Source: Spirochaetia bacterium (GTDB lineage: Bacteria; Spirochaetota; Spirochaetia; CAKZLE01). From it: a stretch of 64,000 nucleotides of DNA. How positions within the stretch are numbered: position 1 is the stretch's first letter; each line of letters opens with the position of its first letter. A model generated the notes under the pieces. The model was not told where the DNA came from and did not search any database. It worked only from the letters and a program-made list of their open reading frames with translations. Shown here piece by piece: positions 1 to 9,277 of this stretch. The DNA lies in contig OY782041.1 in assembly GCA_963677595.1 (NCBI GenBank), positions 256,001 to 320,000 on the forward strand, given 5' to 3'. The position numbers and the translations under genes are program-made.

Positions 1-617
1 GTGATCACCTCCCGTGCTGTACCGAGGGCCCCGTAATAGAGACCTGACTGTATGCTGGTCTCCGTGGTCTGCCCGCAGACACGCTCCGGGGTGGTGATCT
101 CCACCTTCGGCAGTTTTGCCGTGTTCTCCTCGAGCGCCTTCATGGAGAGCCGCATACCCGGGACGATCACGCCCCCGATATACTCCTTCCCCGCCGTGAT
201 GACATCGAAGGTCGTCGCCGTCCCGAAGTCGGCGACGATCAGGTTCTTTCCCGGGTACCTGGCGACCCCGGCGATCGCGTTGGAGATCCTGTCGGCTCCT
301 ACCGCGGCGGGGTTCTTGTACCGGATCTTCAGCCCGGTCCTGACCCCGGACTTCAGCATGAACGGCTCGTGCCCGAAGTAGCGCCTGCAGCTGTTGTAGA
401 GCGCATGGTTGAGGTCCGGTACGACCGAACAGCAGGCGACCCGCTTCACCTCTTCAGGGTCGAACCCGTTCTCCCGGATCACCCCTTTCAGGAAGAACCC
501 GAGTTCATCCGAGCTGATCCCCATATCGGTGACCTTCCTGAACCGCAGGACCACCTTCCCATCCTTGAACAACCCGGCATACAGCTGTGTGTTACCGGCA
601 TCTATACATAGAATCAT
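1..617 (-). CDS. coaX: Type III pantothenate kinase (partial, 3' end runs off window)
   Basis: Not in ORF track; manual translation from ATG 617 gives MILCIDAGNT...SVVP...YKNPAAVGADR...VADFGTATTFD...GGVIVPG...TAKLP...SIQSGLYYG, the PanK-III motifs; ATGA overlap with the coaB stop. Confidence 0.93.
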   Translation of the reverse strand, partial: MILCIDAGNTQLYAGLFKDGKVVLRFRKVTDMGISSDELGFFLKGVIRENGFDPEEVKRVACCSVVPDLNHALYNSCRRYFGHEPFMLKSGVRTGLKIRYKNPAAVGADRISNAIAGVARYPGKNLIVADFGTATTFDVITAGKEYIGGVIVPGMRLSMKALEENTAKLPKVEITTPERVCGQTTETSIQSGLYYGALGTAREVI

Positions 618-1276
618 ATTCTCTCCTTCAGGTAGTTCATCAGCCATGCGGCCATCTCTTCCTTGGTCATGGTCTCACCAAGACGGCCGGCCTGGCTGTA
701 GTAGGCAGCTTTATGGATCAGCGGCCCGATCGTAAACAGGTCGTTATGGACCACCAGGTCGCAGCAGCCCCGTGAGAGCAGGGCATCCACAGCTGCCTGC
801 TGCTCCTCTGCCGATTGCGTGTTCGTCAGCTTGAAACCGATGAGGATGATCTCTTTCTCAGAGAATGATCGTATCCTGTCTATGATCTTGTGGTTCTTCC
901 TGAACCGCACCGTGAACTCCTCGGATGACGGGAGTTTCCCGTTATATGAAGGTTCGACCCTCCTGCCGTCATCGTAGATGATCTCTGCCGGCGAGAAGTC
1001 ACTGACAGCTGCCAGGTGGATCACGGCATCGTACCGTTCCCTCCCGAGCATATACTGAAGCTTCTTCTCAAGGTCATTGAAATCATCGAAACGCAGGGAC
1101 TTCTCAGGTGTCAGGTTCAACTCCGTGAACCGGCCTTTCAGCAGATGGACGGTGTGGCCCGCCCGGGTGAACTCATTTGCCAGCACGTTACCCGTCGAGC
1201 CGCTGGAGAGGTTCGTGATCACACGGACCCCGTCAAGGTTTTCGCAGGTCCCGCCTGAAGTTATCAGCACTTTCAT
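614..1276 (-). CDS. coaB: Phosphopantothenate-cysteine ligase (stand-alone CoaB)
   Basis: VLITSGGTCENLDGVRVITNLSSG, HLAAVSDF, LIGFKL motifs; pan/coa operon context. Confidence 0.88.
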   Translation of the reverse strand: MKVLITSGGTCENLDGVRVITNLSSGSTGNVLANEFTRAGHTVHLLKGRFTELNLTPEKSLRFDDFNDLEKKLQYMLGRERYDAVIHLAAVSDFSPAEIIYDDGRRVEPSYNGKLPSSEEFTVRFRKNHKIIDRIRSFSEKEIILIGFKLTNTQSAEEQQAAVDALLSRGCCDLVVHNDLFTIGPLIHKAAYYSQAGRLGETMTKEEMAAWLMNYLKERI

Positions 1277-1815
1277 AATGAACTCCTGATGAAGGAAGCC
1301 GTACGTTCCGGCGAGATCAGCCTGCCGCTGCCGTGGACCCCGCAGGCAAGCGCCCCCTCCTCGGTCGGGAGGATGTGTGCTCCCCAGGATGCAAGGGTCT
1401 CCAGGTTCCTCACGACGGCGGGGTGTGCGAGCATGTTGCTGTTCATCGCCGGGGTCACGAGGTATGGTACTCTGAAGTTATTGGCCAGAAAGAGCGCTGA
1501 GACGAGGTCTTCCGCCGTACCTGCTGCCAGGCGGGCGATGGTCGTCGCCGATGCCGGGTAGAGGATGATGAGATCCGCCCAGTCAGCCAGGCTGATGTGG
1601 TTGATCCGGTGGGGTTCTGAGAACATCGAACTCTCCACCGGCCTTCGGGTGACCCCTTCCAGGGCCGACGGCCCGATGAACTCCAGGGCCTTCTCCGTCG
1701 CGACGCACTGCACTTCATGCCCATCCTTCCCCAGCAGGGAGGCAAGGCTTGCGGCCTTATAGGCGGCCACTGAACCTGAGATACAGAGAACTATGTGCTT
1801 ACCTGATTCTGACAT
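1273..1815 (-). CDS. coaC: Phosphopantothenoylcysteine decarboxylase (stand-alone CoaC, HFCD flavoprotein)
   Basis: ISGSVAAYKA, HISLADWAD, PASATTIA, PAMNSNM, LACGVHGSGRL. Confidence 0.9.
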   Translation of the reverse strand: MSESGKHIVLCISGSVAAYKAASLASLLGKDGHEVQCVATEKALEFIGPSALEGVTRRPVESSMFSEPHRINHISLADWADLIILYPASATTIARLAAGTAEDLVSALFLANNFRVPYLVTPAMNSNMLAHPAVVRNLETLASWGAHILPTEEGALACGVHGSGRLISPERTASFIRSSL

Positions 1816-2563
1816 TGTCTATCAACCTCACAGTACCGAGGAAGACCGCCGCAAGCAGCCGGTCCTCCCACGCTTCGATATAATCGACGATGAACCCGTG
1901 CTCCACGAGCAGGAGCTTCATCTGTTCGATCCCGACACCTGAAGAGATCACCCGGTGGAAATAGGGGGCAACCTCCTTCTCATGCTCGGTCAGCAGCAGG
2001 TTCCTCGAACTCAACGCGAGGCCGGAGGCTTCCCTGACGATGGGACAGGGAACGATCTCCGTATCGAGGAAGAAGGTCTTCACCATCCCGCTGATCAGCC
2101 GGTACTGCTGCCAGTCCTTCTCCCCGAAGTAGGCCCTGTCGGCTGAGGAGAGCATCAGGAGCTTCAGGACGACGGTCAACACCCCGGTGAAATGGCCGGG
2201 CCGTGCAGCCCCGCAGAACCGCTTGGTGACCTCGGTCTCGATCACCTGGTAGGTGAACCCGTCCGCATACATATCCTCATAGCCGGGGGTGAAGAGGAGA
2301 TCGACCCCGAGTGATTCCAGGATCGCCAGGTCCTCGTCCAGCGGCTCGGGGTAGGCTGCAAGGTCATCCGGGTTGTTGAACTGGGTAGGATTCAGGTAGA
2401 TGCTCACGGCAGTGAGGTCATTCTCAGCCAGGGACCGCTCGACGAGGCTCACATGCCCCGCATGGAGTGCCCCCATGGTCGGGACGAACCCGATGCGCTT
2501 CCCGGCAGCCTTCTCCTGCCCCAACCGCTCTTTCCATTGATACGGATCCTTGATGATGGTCAT
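1799..2563 (-). CDS. panC: Pantoate-beta-alanine ligase
   Basis: GFVPTMGALHAGH, NPTQF, RPGHFTGV, FGEKDWQQ, GLALSSRN, RLIDN. Confidence 0.96.
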   Translation of the reverse strand: MTIIKDPYQWKERLGQEKAAGKRIGFVPTMGALHAGHVSLVERSLAENDLTAVSIYLNPTQFNNPDDLAAYPEPLDEDLAILESLGVDLLFTPGYEDMYADGFTYQVIETEVTKRFCGAARPGHFTGVLTVVLKLLMLSSADRAYFGEKDWQQYRLISGMVKTFFLDTEIVPCPIVREASGLALSSRNLLLTEHEKEVAPYFHRVISSGVGIEQMKLLLVEHGFIVDYIEAWEDRLLAAVFLGTVRLIDNVRIR

Positions 2564-3348
2564 CGGTAACTCTCCTTCTTGGACGGGAACACACGTTCCT
2601 TTGACTCCTGATCATAACGATTCAGCGCATCGATCATGAGCGATGCACCATCCATATACTGTCTCACGAACTTGGGCGGCTCCGCCTCGATGAGGCCGAG
2701 CATGTCATGCAGCACCAGGACCTGCCCGTCGACCATGCTGCCTGCCCCGATCCCGATCGTCGGGATCCTCAAAGCCTCGGTGATCTCCTGCCCGAGCGAT
2801 GCCGGGATGCACTCGAGCACGACTGAGAAGCAGCCGAGCTCCTGGAGCTTCAGAGCCTCCTCCATGATCCTCTGCTGGTCCCCGCTCTTCTTTCCCTGGA
2901 CCCTGAACCCGCCGAACTGGTGCACGGACTGCGGGGTCAGCCCGAGATGCCCCATGACCGGGACACCGGATCCCACGATGTGGGAGATGATCTCCTCATG
3001 GCCTGACACACCCTCGAGCTTCACGGCATTGGCTCCGGCACGCATCAAGACCTCTACCGTCTCCATCGCCTGGGTGAGTCCCTTGCGGTAGCTCAAGAAC
3101 GGCATGTCCCCGATGATGAACCCCTTCGGGGCTCCCCGCCTGACTGCCCTGACATGCATCGCCATCATCTGCGTGTCTGCGAGGATGGTGGTATCATCCC
3201 CATGCATGACCATGGCGAGGCTGTCGCCTACCAGTATGGTGTCTACCGATGAGCGCTCGATGAGGGCGGCACTCCAGCTGTCGTAGGAGGTGACCATCGT
3301 GATCGGGATGCCTTCTGTCTTTCTACGAATGAAATCCTGGGAATTCAC
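2560..3348 (-). CDS. panB: 3-methyl-2-oxobutanoate hydroxymethyltransferase
   Basis: ILVGDSLAM, GDMPFLSY, VKLEG, GHLGLTPQS, IGIGAG..DGQVLVLHDMLG. Confidence 0.97.
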   Translation of the reverse strand: MNSQDFIRRKTEGIPITMVTSYDSWSAALIERSSVDTILVGDSLAMVMHGDDTTILADTQMMAMHVRAVRRGAPKGFIIGDMPFLSYRKGLTQAMETVEVLMRAGANAVKLEGVSGHEEIISHIVGSGVPVMGHLGLTPQSVHQFGGFRVQGKKSGDQQRIMEEALKLQELGCFSVVLECIPASLGQEITEALRIPTIGIGAGSMVDGQVLVLHDMLGLIEAEPPKFVRQYMDGASLMIDALNRYDQESKERVFPSKKESYR

Positions 3349-3417
3349 AGTACTGCTCCTTGCGGCCAGAAAGGAGGAGAGGTATGTGCTGTCTTTGAAG
3401 TGGATGATTGGGGTACT

Positions 3418-3444
3418 GGTACCTGTCCGTCATAGATCAAGTCC
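3418..3444 (-). ncRNA. Probable pan RNA motif hairpin in panB leader
   Basis: Minus strand GGACTTGATCTATGACGGACAGGTACC forms a bulged-A hairpin (CTTGATCY...GGACAGG) resembling, from memory, the pan motif upstream of pantothenate operons; lies between a TTGACG -35 (~3496-3501) and panB. Confidence 0.55.
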
Positions 3445-3545
3445 TTCCTGTGGTTTTTTTAGTCGGAGAGATCATTACCGGTCGTTGCGGCAAGCCGTCA
3501 ACGCCTGATCTCACGCTACAACTATACTCATACAGGAGAAGAAAA

Positions 3546-4247
3546 TCAAGCGCCGAACTGCCGTATCACCAGGACTGCGGCAAGGAGGATCCCGTTCGAG
3601 AGGTTGTGAATGAGGATCGGGCCGAGCAGGGAATGGGAGTACTCGAACATGACGGCATAGAGGACCCCCATCGCGAGGGCAAGGGACTGGGAGAGCGGGT
3701 CGATGGTGCTGATCGAGAAGGGAGTGAACGAGATGGCCACCCCGGCGGCAGCGAAGAGGACCACCGAGATGAGGCCCGCGACGGAGATCCCCTTCCTGAA
3801 GAGCGGGAAGGTATGGGCGAATACTGGATGGAGCATGCCGATCACGAAGGCACGGAAGAGTACCTCATCCGAGAGCCCTGAGAGGGTGAAGGCGTATACG
3901 AGGTCCCCTGCTCCCGGGTCCAGGGGGGATGAGAAAAGCAGGACCCAGAGCGTCGCCGCAGCGGTCCAGAACAGCGTGAATAATCCTGCAGTCTTCAGGC
4001 TCCAGGACGCATGGTTGAGGTTGAAGCCTATATCACGGAAGCTGAAGGAACGGGAGAGCAGCAGCATGACCGCCAAGGAGAGGAGGAGCTGCACCCCGCT
4101 GCGGGCCGCATCCCAGAGTGCTCCCCATCGTTCGATGGGAAGGAGGTCTGCGATCAGCACCCCTGCACGCGGGAAGATCCTGATGCAGATGATCACGAAG
4201 GCGAGACGGATTATCCTGTGTGCCCATAACTCCGATCGTTGACTCAT
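3546..4247 (-). CDS. CPBP/Abi (CAAX protease-like) membrane protein with degenerate motifs
   Basis: Multi-TM; SDEVLFR (motif 1) and HNLSN (motif 4); start at ATG 4247 after GAGGAGG. Confidence 0.75.
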   Translation of the reverse strand: MSQRSELWAHRIIRLAFVIICIRIFPRAGVLIADLLPIERWGALWDAARSGVQLLLSLAVMLLLSRSFSFRDIGFNLNHASWSLKTAGLFTLFWTAAATLWVLLFSSPLDPGAGDLVYAFTLSGLSDEVLFRAFVIGMLHPVFAHTFPLFRKGISVAGLISVVLFAAAGVAISFTPFSISTIDPLSQSLALAMGVLYAVMFEYSHSLLGPILIHNLSNGILLAAVLVIRQFGA

Positions 4248-4376
4248 GCATCCTCCTCGGTCCATCATAGCATGAGGGAGGAGGCCTGTGCAAATCCTGC
4301 TTGAAGTAAAAGTTTAGCTACCACAGAGGGTGAGTTCTGTATATAATGGTCTTATTACACAAAGGCAGGTGCATCC

Positions 4377-5723
4377 ATGAGTCCAGTCACACGAAAGACC
4401 AAATTCGGGTTCGGTATAGGCGATCTTGGGGGAAATCTCTTCTTCACTATCATCGGGTTCTACCTGCTCTACTACCTTACCGATATCGTGGGGCTCTCAG
4501 CCGCCCTGGCAGGCACCGTCCTCATGATCGGGAAGATCTGGGACGCGGTCACCGACCCGGTCACCGGCTTCCTCTCTGACAGGACCCGGTCCCGCTGGGG
4601 GCGCAGGCGCCCCTATATGTTCGTCGGGTCGATCATCGCCTTCTTCGCCATGGGACTCATGTTCACCGACCCGGGCATCACGAGCCAGCTGCCGCTCTTC
4701 TTCTATATGACCGGTATCTTCTGCCTGCTCAACACCGCCTACACCCTGGTGAACATCCCCTATGCGGCACTGCTGCCGGAGCTCACCAGCGACTTCAACG
4801 AACGGACAGTCCTCACCGGGTACCGCATGAGCTTTGCCGTCATCGGCACCTTCCTCGGTGCGGGAGCGGTCTTCCCCATCATCGGGCTCTTCGGTGACCC
4901 CACACGGGGATGGAGCATCATGGGCTATATCATGGGGGGCATCATGCTCGCCTCCTGCATGGTCACCATCCTGACGATCAGGGAACCGGACCATGTCCAT
5001 GACCACGGGCAGACCGGGTTCCTCCAGACCTACCGGGAAGCCCTCAGGAACACGGTCTTCCTCCGTGCACTCATTCCCTGGGCCCTCTTCATCACCGGGA
5101 CCACCATGGTCCAGGGAGCCCTGGTCTACTATTTCGCCAATATATTCGGGGACGAGGGACTCTTCCAGATCGCCCTGCTCTTCCTACTCACCATGAGCCT
5201 CCTCTTCATCCCGATCTGGGTGAGGATCTCGAAGCGCATCGGGAAGAAGAACAGCTACAACATCGGCATGGGCATCATGTCGGTCGGGGTCCTGCTCTTC
5301 TCCCTGGCAGGGGAACAGCTCGGCCCGATAGTCGCCTGCGTGATCATGGCTGCTGCGGGCATCGGGCTCTCGACCCATTACGTCATGCCCCACTCCATCC
5401 TCCCGGATGTCGTGGAACACGACAGCATCCACTACGGCGGGGTACGCCGGGAGGGTGTATTCTCGAGTCTCTGGACCTTCTTGAGCAAGATCGGCCAGGC
5501 TTTGGCCCTGGCGCTCAACGGCTGGATCCTCTCCATCGCCGGGTACCAGCCCGACACGGTCGCTACCGATTCCGCCATCCTGGGGATCAAGCTGGTGTGC
5601 GGGCCCTTCCCGGTCATCTTCTACCTTATCGGGATCATCATCCTCGCACAGTACCCGATCAGCCGGGAGTATTATGAGAAGATGATCGCCAACCGGCTCG
5701 AACCGGCTGAGGCAGGGGAATAG
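4377..5723 (+). CDS. MFS transporter, GPH/MelB cation symporter family
   Basis: ~12 TM; WDAVTDPVTGFLSDRTRSRWGRRRPY, NIPYAALLPELT, RREGVF. Confidence 0.9.
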   Translation: MSPVTRKTKFGFGIGDLGGNLFFTIIGFYLLYYLTDIVGLSAALAGTVLMIGKIWDAVTDPVTGFLSDRTRSRWGRRRPYMFVGSIIAFFAMGLMFTDPGITSQLPLFFYMTGIFCLLNTAYTLVNIPYAALLPELTSDFNERTVLTGYRMSFAVIGTFLGAGAVFPIIGLFGDPTRGWSIMGYIMGGIMLASCMVTILTIREPDHVHDHGQTGFLQTYREALRNTVFLRALIPWALFITGTTMVQGALVYYFANIFGDEGLFQIALLFLLTMSLLFIPIWVRISKRIGKKNSYNIGMGIMSVGVLLFSLAGEQLGPIVACVIMAAAGIGLSTHYVMPHSILPDVVEHDSIHYGGVRREGVFSSLWTFLSKIGQALALALNGWILSIAGYQPDTVATDSAILGIKLVCGPFPVIFYLIGIIILAQYPISREYYEKMIANRLEPAEAGE

Positions 5724-5724
5724 C

Positions 5725-7101
5725 ATGGGAAAAGAGAAGAAGACACAGACGCTTCCCCGGGCGACCTACGGGATCGGGTTCGTCGCTCCCCGCTACTCCG
5801 CTGCTGCGAGGAGATTCATGACCATCGTCGGCGGGGCCTATATGAGACTGTTCGAGGGGGTGCGGTCGGTAGGCATCATGCATGAGGAGATCCTGATCCA
5901 GGAATTGCAGAAGTTCTATGACGGGGAAGGACGGCTCATCCTTGCGTTCAGGCATGTCGCGAAGGAAGATGCTCCGGTCATGATGTATGCCCTCTCGAAG
6001 CGGCTCAACCGATCCATACGCAAGCTCAACCGGTCGCGGAAGAAGGGAGAGAAGATCATCCCCCATGCACGATTCCTCTATGGCAGGGATGTACTGAACT
6101 GGGCAGGCCGTGCTGCCGTATGGCTCTTTCCCAGGATCGGCTGCGTTCCTGTCCAGAACCGGTGGTCCAACAGGAAGGGGCTCGATATCCTGCGGGAAGA
6201 GATGAAGGACGGCACATTCCCGCTGGCCCTCGCCCCCGAGAGCCAGGTGACCTACCATATGTACAAGTGCTCCGATATCTCCTCGGGGATCTCCTCCCTT
6301 GCCTCCTGGGGGGAGGCCAGTACCAAGGATGTCTCGATCATCCCGATCGCCGTGGGCTATAAGCACAGCGAGCACCGGGAGCAGTTCATCCGCGATATGG
6401 TGGACCGCTGGGAGGAGGAGACCGGCATCAGGATCCTCGGCAAGGAACACGCACCGGTGATCGACCTGCTCAGGGAGCTCACCGACAGGACCTTATCCCT
6501 CCTGGAAGAGTTCTACCACCTGGAGTGTGGGGAATCCTTCGAGAAACGGATCGCCTCGATCTGCGAGGCCGGCCTCGACACGGCTGAGAAGCTCGCCGGG
6601 CTCACTCCCGAAGAGAGCTGGCTCGACCGGCTCTTCCGCATCAGGTATACCGGCGCCTATGCGCTCAAGCCCGAGGACCGGGACCCCGCAGCCCTGCCGC
6701 CGCTGGGCAGGAGCCTGGCTGACCTGGATGCCGTGCAGGCCCATATCTACCTGCGCCACTCCCAGATCATCGATGTGCTCGAGTATCTTGACCCGTCCTA
6801 TATCTACCCGGGATGCTCCCTCGGCAGGTGCTGTGAGTATGCCCTGAACCTCCTCGACGTCCTCAACCGGATGAAAGGAGGCAACATCAATACCCGCTAC
6901 ACCCCGAAGAACAAGGATGCAGTCATCCTCATGGGAGAACCGATCCAGCTCTCACGGCTGCTCGAGGACCAGGAGATGAACCGTAAGCAGAGGCTCACCT
7001 TCATCACTGACACGACCCAGTACCTGCTGCAGCAGGTCTCCGAACAGCTCGAGGGGCTGTGGGAGACCGAGTACACTACTGCAGCTTCAGATGATGGATG
7101 A
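5725..7101 (+). CDS. Glycerolipid acyltransferase (PlsC/LPLAT superfamily)
   Basis: HxxxxD motif (RHVAKED), LALAPES block, IIPIAVGY; starts 1 nt after the MFS stop. Confidence 0.75.
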   Translation: MGKEKKTQTLPRATYGIGFVAPRYSAAARRFMTIVGGAYMRLFEGVRSVGIMHEEILIQELQKFYDGEGRLILAFRHVAKEDAPVMMYALSKRLNRSIRKLNRSRKKGEKIIPHARFLYGRDVLNWAGRAAVWLFPRIGCVPVQNRWSNRKGLDILREEMKDGTFPLALAPESQVTYHMYKCSDISSGISSLASWGEASTKDVSIIPIAVGYKHSEHREQFIRDMVDRWEEETGIRILGKEHAPVIDLLRELTDRTLSLLEEFYHLECGESFEKRIASICEAGLDTAEKLAGLTPEESWLDRLFRIRYTGAYALKPEDRDPAALPPLGRSLADLDAVQAHIYLRHSQIIDVLEYLDPSYIYPGCSLGRCCEYALNLLDVLNRMKGGNINTRYTPKNKDAVILMGEPIQLSRLLEDQEMNRKQRLTFITDTTQYLLQQVSEQLEGLWETEYTTAASDDG

Positions 7102-7564
7102 TCTCGGCCGTATAGAGCGTATGGTAGTCCCCTTGCGGGTAGTGTTTGTCCAGGGAACGGTCAGTATGATCCTTCTCCATGACTGAGGTGTTCACGATCT
7201 TCCCGAAGAGGTGATCCCCCGGGATTGCCACGTAGGGTATATGCCCCTCTTCATGGTACTGCAGCGGCAGACTGCAGACGGCGAACTTGTCGTGGTCCCG
7301 CCCGGACTCAGTCCCGCAGAAGGCCAGCTCCTTCGCGAACTGCTTTGGTCGGGGGACTGTCACGGAATAGTGAGAAGCCCCTTCCATGAGCGCGAAGGTA
7401 TGGCGTGACGGACGGACCCCCACGGTCATGACCTCCCTCCTCCAGAAGAACCCGAGTTCAAACCAGCCGATCGTCATGGTATTGAGTCCTGTCGGTGTCT
7501 CCACCGTGAGGAACGCCCCTCTCTGTACCTGCTCCATCAGTTCCGCGTACTGTATATCGATCAT
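7076..7564 (-). CDS. Flavin reductase-like FMN-binding split-barrel protein
   Basis: NTMTIGW, VRPSRHT, CGTESGRDHDK, YPQGDYHTLY. Confidence 0.85.
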   Translation of the reverse strand: MIDIQYAELMEQVQRGAFLTVETPTGLNTMTIGWFELGFFWRREVMTVGVRPSRHTFALMEGASHYSVTVPRPKQFAKELAFCGTESGRDHDKFAVCSLPLQYHEEGHIPYVAIPGDHLFGKIVNTSVMEKDHTDRSLDKHYPQGDYHTLYTAEIIHHLKLQ

Positions 7565-7656
7565 GGTCTATACCCCCTTATTGCTGTCCCCCATGATACC
7601 AGAAATCCCGGGGGAGCATCTACATGGGAATCGAGGAAAATCTTCAGCGGCAAAGC

Positions 7657-7685
7657 TTGACGGCACCATCTACTTGTACTATAGT
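7657..7685 (+). promoter_or_regulatory. Sigma70 promoter of the YtrA-like operon
   Basis: TTGACG (7657-7662), 17 nt spacer, TATAGT (7680-7685). Confidence 0.7.
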
Positions 7686-7717
7686 ATTATTGTACTAATC
7701 CTTTAGTACAATAATAC
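7684..7717. promoter_or_regulatory. YtrA-family GntR operator (perfect 15-bp inverted repeat)
   Basis: GTATTATTGTACTAA-tcct-TTAGTACAATAATAC overlapping the -10/start region, upstream of a YtrA-type gene. Confidence 0.85.
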
Positions 7718-7728
7718 AAAGAAGGAGC

Positions 7729-8142
7729 TTGACTGTTGTGACAGATCTAGGATTACAGAGACTTGAATTCAGTCTCGATCCCAAGAGCGGCGTCCCCTAC
7801 TACAAGCAGGTCATCCTGCAAGTGGAGATGGCTATCGCCGACGGGCGGCTGACCCAGGGGGACCAGCTGCCGACCGTTCGTTCGCTTGCAGTAGACCTGA
7901 GCATCAATCCCAATACCGTCGCACGTGCCTATAACGAGCTTGAGATACGCGGGATCGTGACGACCCAGCAGGGGACCGGGACGTTCATCAGTGACAAGCA
8001 GATCGAACTGACAGCAGTCCAGCGGGAAGAGGTTCTCGCTGAACTCTCGAAATCGTTCGTGTCGAAAGCGAACTCCTACGGGTTCACCATTGATGAACTC
8101 CTGGATTATCTAGAGGAACTCGGCCGCGACGGCAGCCGATAA
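7729..8142 (+). CDS. GntR family regulator, YtrA subfamily
   Basis: PYYKQV, GDQLPTVRSLA, INPNTVARAY, QQGTGTF; short C-terminus. Confidence 0.92.
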   Translation: MTVVTDLGLQRLEFSLDPKSGVPYYKQVILQVEMAIADGRLTQGDQLPTVRSLAVDLSINPNTVARAYNELEIRGIVTTQQGTGTFISDKQIELTAVQREEVLAELSKSFVSKANSYGFTIDELLDYLEELGRDGSR

Positions 8143-8158
8143 GGGAGGATACGAAAAG

Positions 8159-9262
8159 ATGAATTTCTTTGAATCGAAGAATGAGAAGATCAAGAACTTC
8201 AAACCGAAGAAACTGAACAAGGACTACTCATACCATGCATTGTCTCTGCTGGTGCTCGCACTGTTCATCGTTGCGGGCATCGTGGTACAGCTCGGCATCT
8301 ACCCCGACAGCAACACCATGAGTATCGTCGAGATAGCAATCGGGATCCTCTTCGGGGGGATCATCATGTCGCTGCTGCCGGTATGGGTGGTCACCGTCCT
8401 GCTCACCATCGGCCTGTGGGTCTCGTTGATGGCGAACTTCGACCTCTCCTATTCCATCATGGGCCTGGCAGGCTCCCTCGGCTTCCTCGTCTCCTCCTCC
8501 GTGCAGCTGATCTACCAATGGGATAAGGTGGTCATCCTGAGGATGGGAAAGTTCAAGAAGGTCCATGGTCCGGGCCTCTTCTTCCTCATCCCCTTCATCG
8601 ACCGGATCGCCGCCTTCGTCGATACCCGTATCAGGGCGACGGACTTCAGCGCCGAGAAGACCATCACCCGGGACACTGTCCCGGTCCATGTCGATGCCCT
8701 GGCCTTCTGGATGATCTGGGATGCAAAGAAGGCCGTCCTCGAGGTCGAGGATTATGTGGATGCGGTCATCCTCTCAGCCCAGACAGCCCTGCGGGATGCC
8801 ATCGGGCAGAATGACCTGAGCTCCCTGCTCTCCGAGCGGGATGAGCTCGGCAAGAGGATCCAGCAGACGCTCGATAAGAAGACGAACCCCTGGGGAGTCA
8901 CCATCCTCTCGATTGAGATCACCGAGATCATCATCCCGAAGGAGCTGGAGAACGCCATGAGCAAGCAGGCCCAGGCTGAACGGGAGCGGCAGTCGAGGGT
9001 CATCCTCAGTACCGCCGAGGTAGAGATAGCAAAGAAGTTCGAGGAGGCTGCGAAGCGGTATGAGAACAACCCGACCGCCCTGCAGCTGAGATCCATGAAC
9101 ATGGTGTACGAGGGGATCAGGCAGAACAGTACGTTGATGATGCTCCCCTCCTCCGCCCTGGACCAGATGAACCTGGGAGCAGCCTTGGGAACTGCCGCAC
9201 TGCAGAAGTCGCAGCAGCTCGAACAGAAGAACGAGAAAACTAACGAGAAGAAAGAGCAATAA
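8159..9262 (+). CDS. SPFH/band 7 (stomatin-like) protein with extra N-terminal TM helices
   Basis: GPGLFFLIPFID, ITRDTVPVHVDA, AQTALRDAIG, QAQAERERQSRVI, PTALQLR. Confidence 0.9.
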   Translation: MNFFESKNEKIKNFKPKKLNKDYSYHALSLLVLALFIVAGIVVQLGIYPDSNTMSIVEIAIGILFGGIIMSLLPVWVVTVLLTIGLWVSLMANFDLSYSIMGLAGSLGFLVSSSVQLIYQWDKVVILRMGKFKKVHGPGLFFLIPFIDRIAAFVDTRIRATDFSAEKTITRDTVPVHVDALAFWMIWDAKKAVLEVEDYVDAVILSAQTALRDAIGQNDLSSLLSERDELGKRIQQTLDKKTNPWGVTILSIEITEIIIPKELENAMSKQAQAERERQSRVILSTAEVEIAKKFEEAAKRYENNPTALQLRSMNMVYEGIRQNSTLMMLPSSALDQMNLGAALGTAALQKSQQLEQKNEKTNEKKEQ

Positions 9263-9277
9263 GAGGGAGGCAATGCA

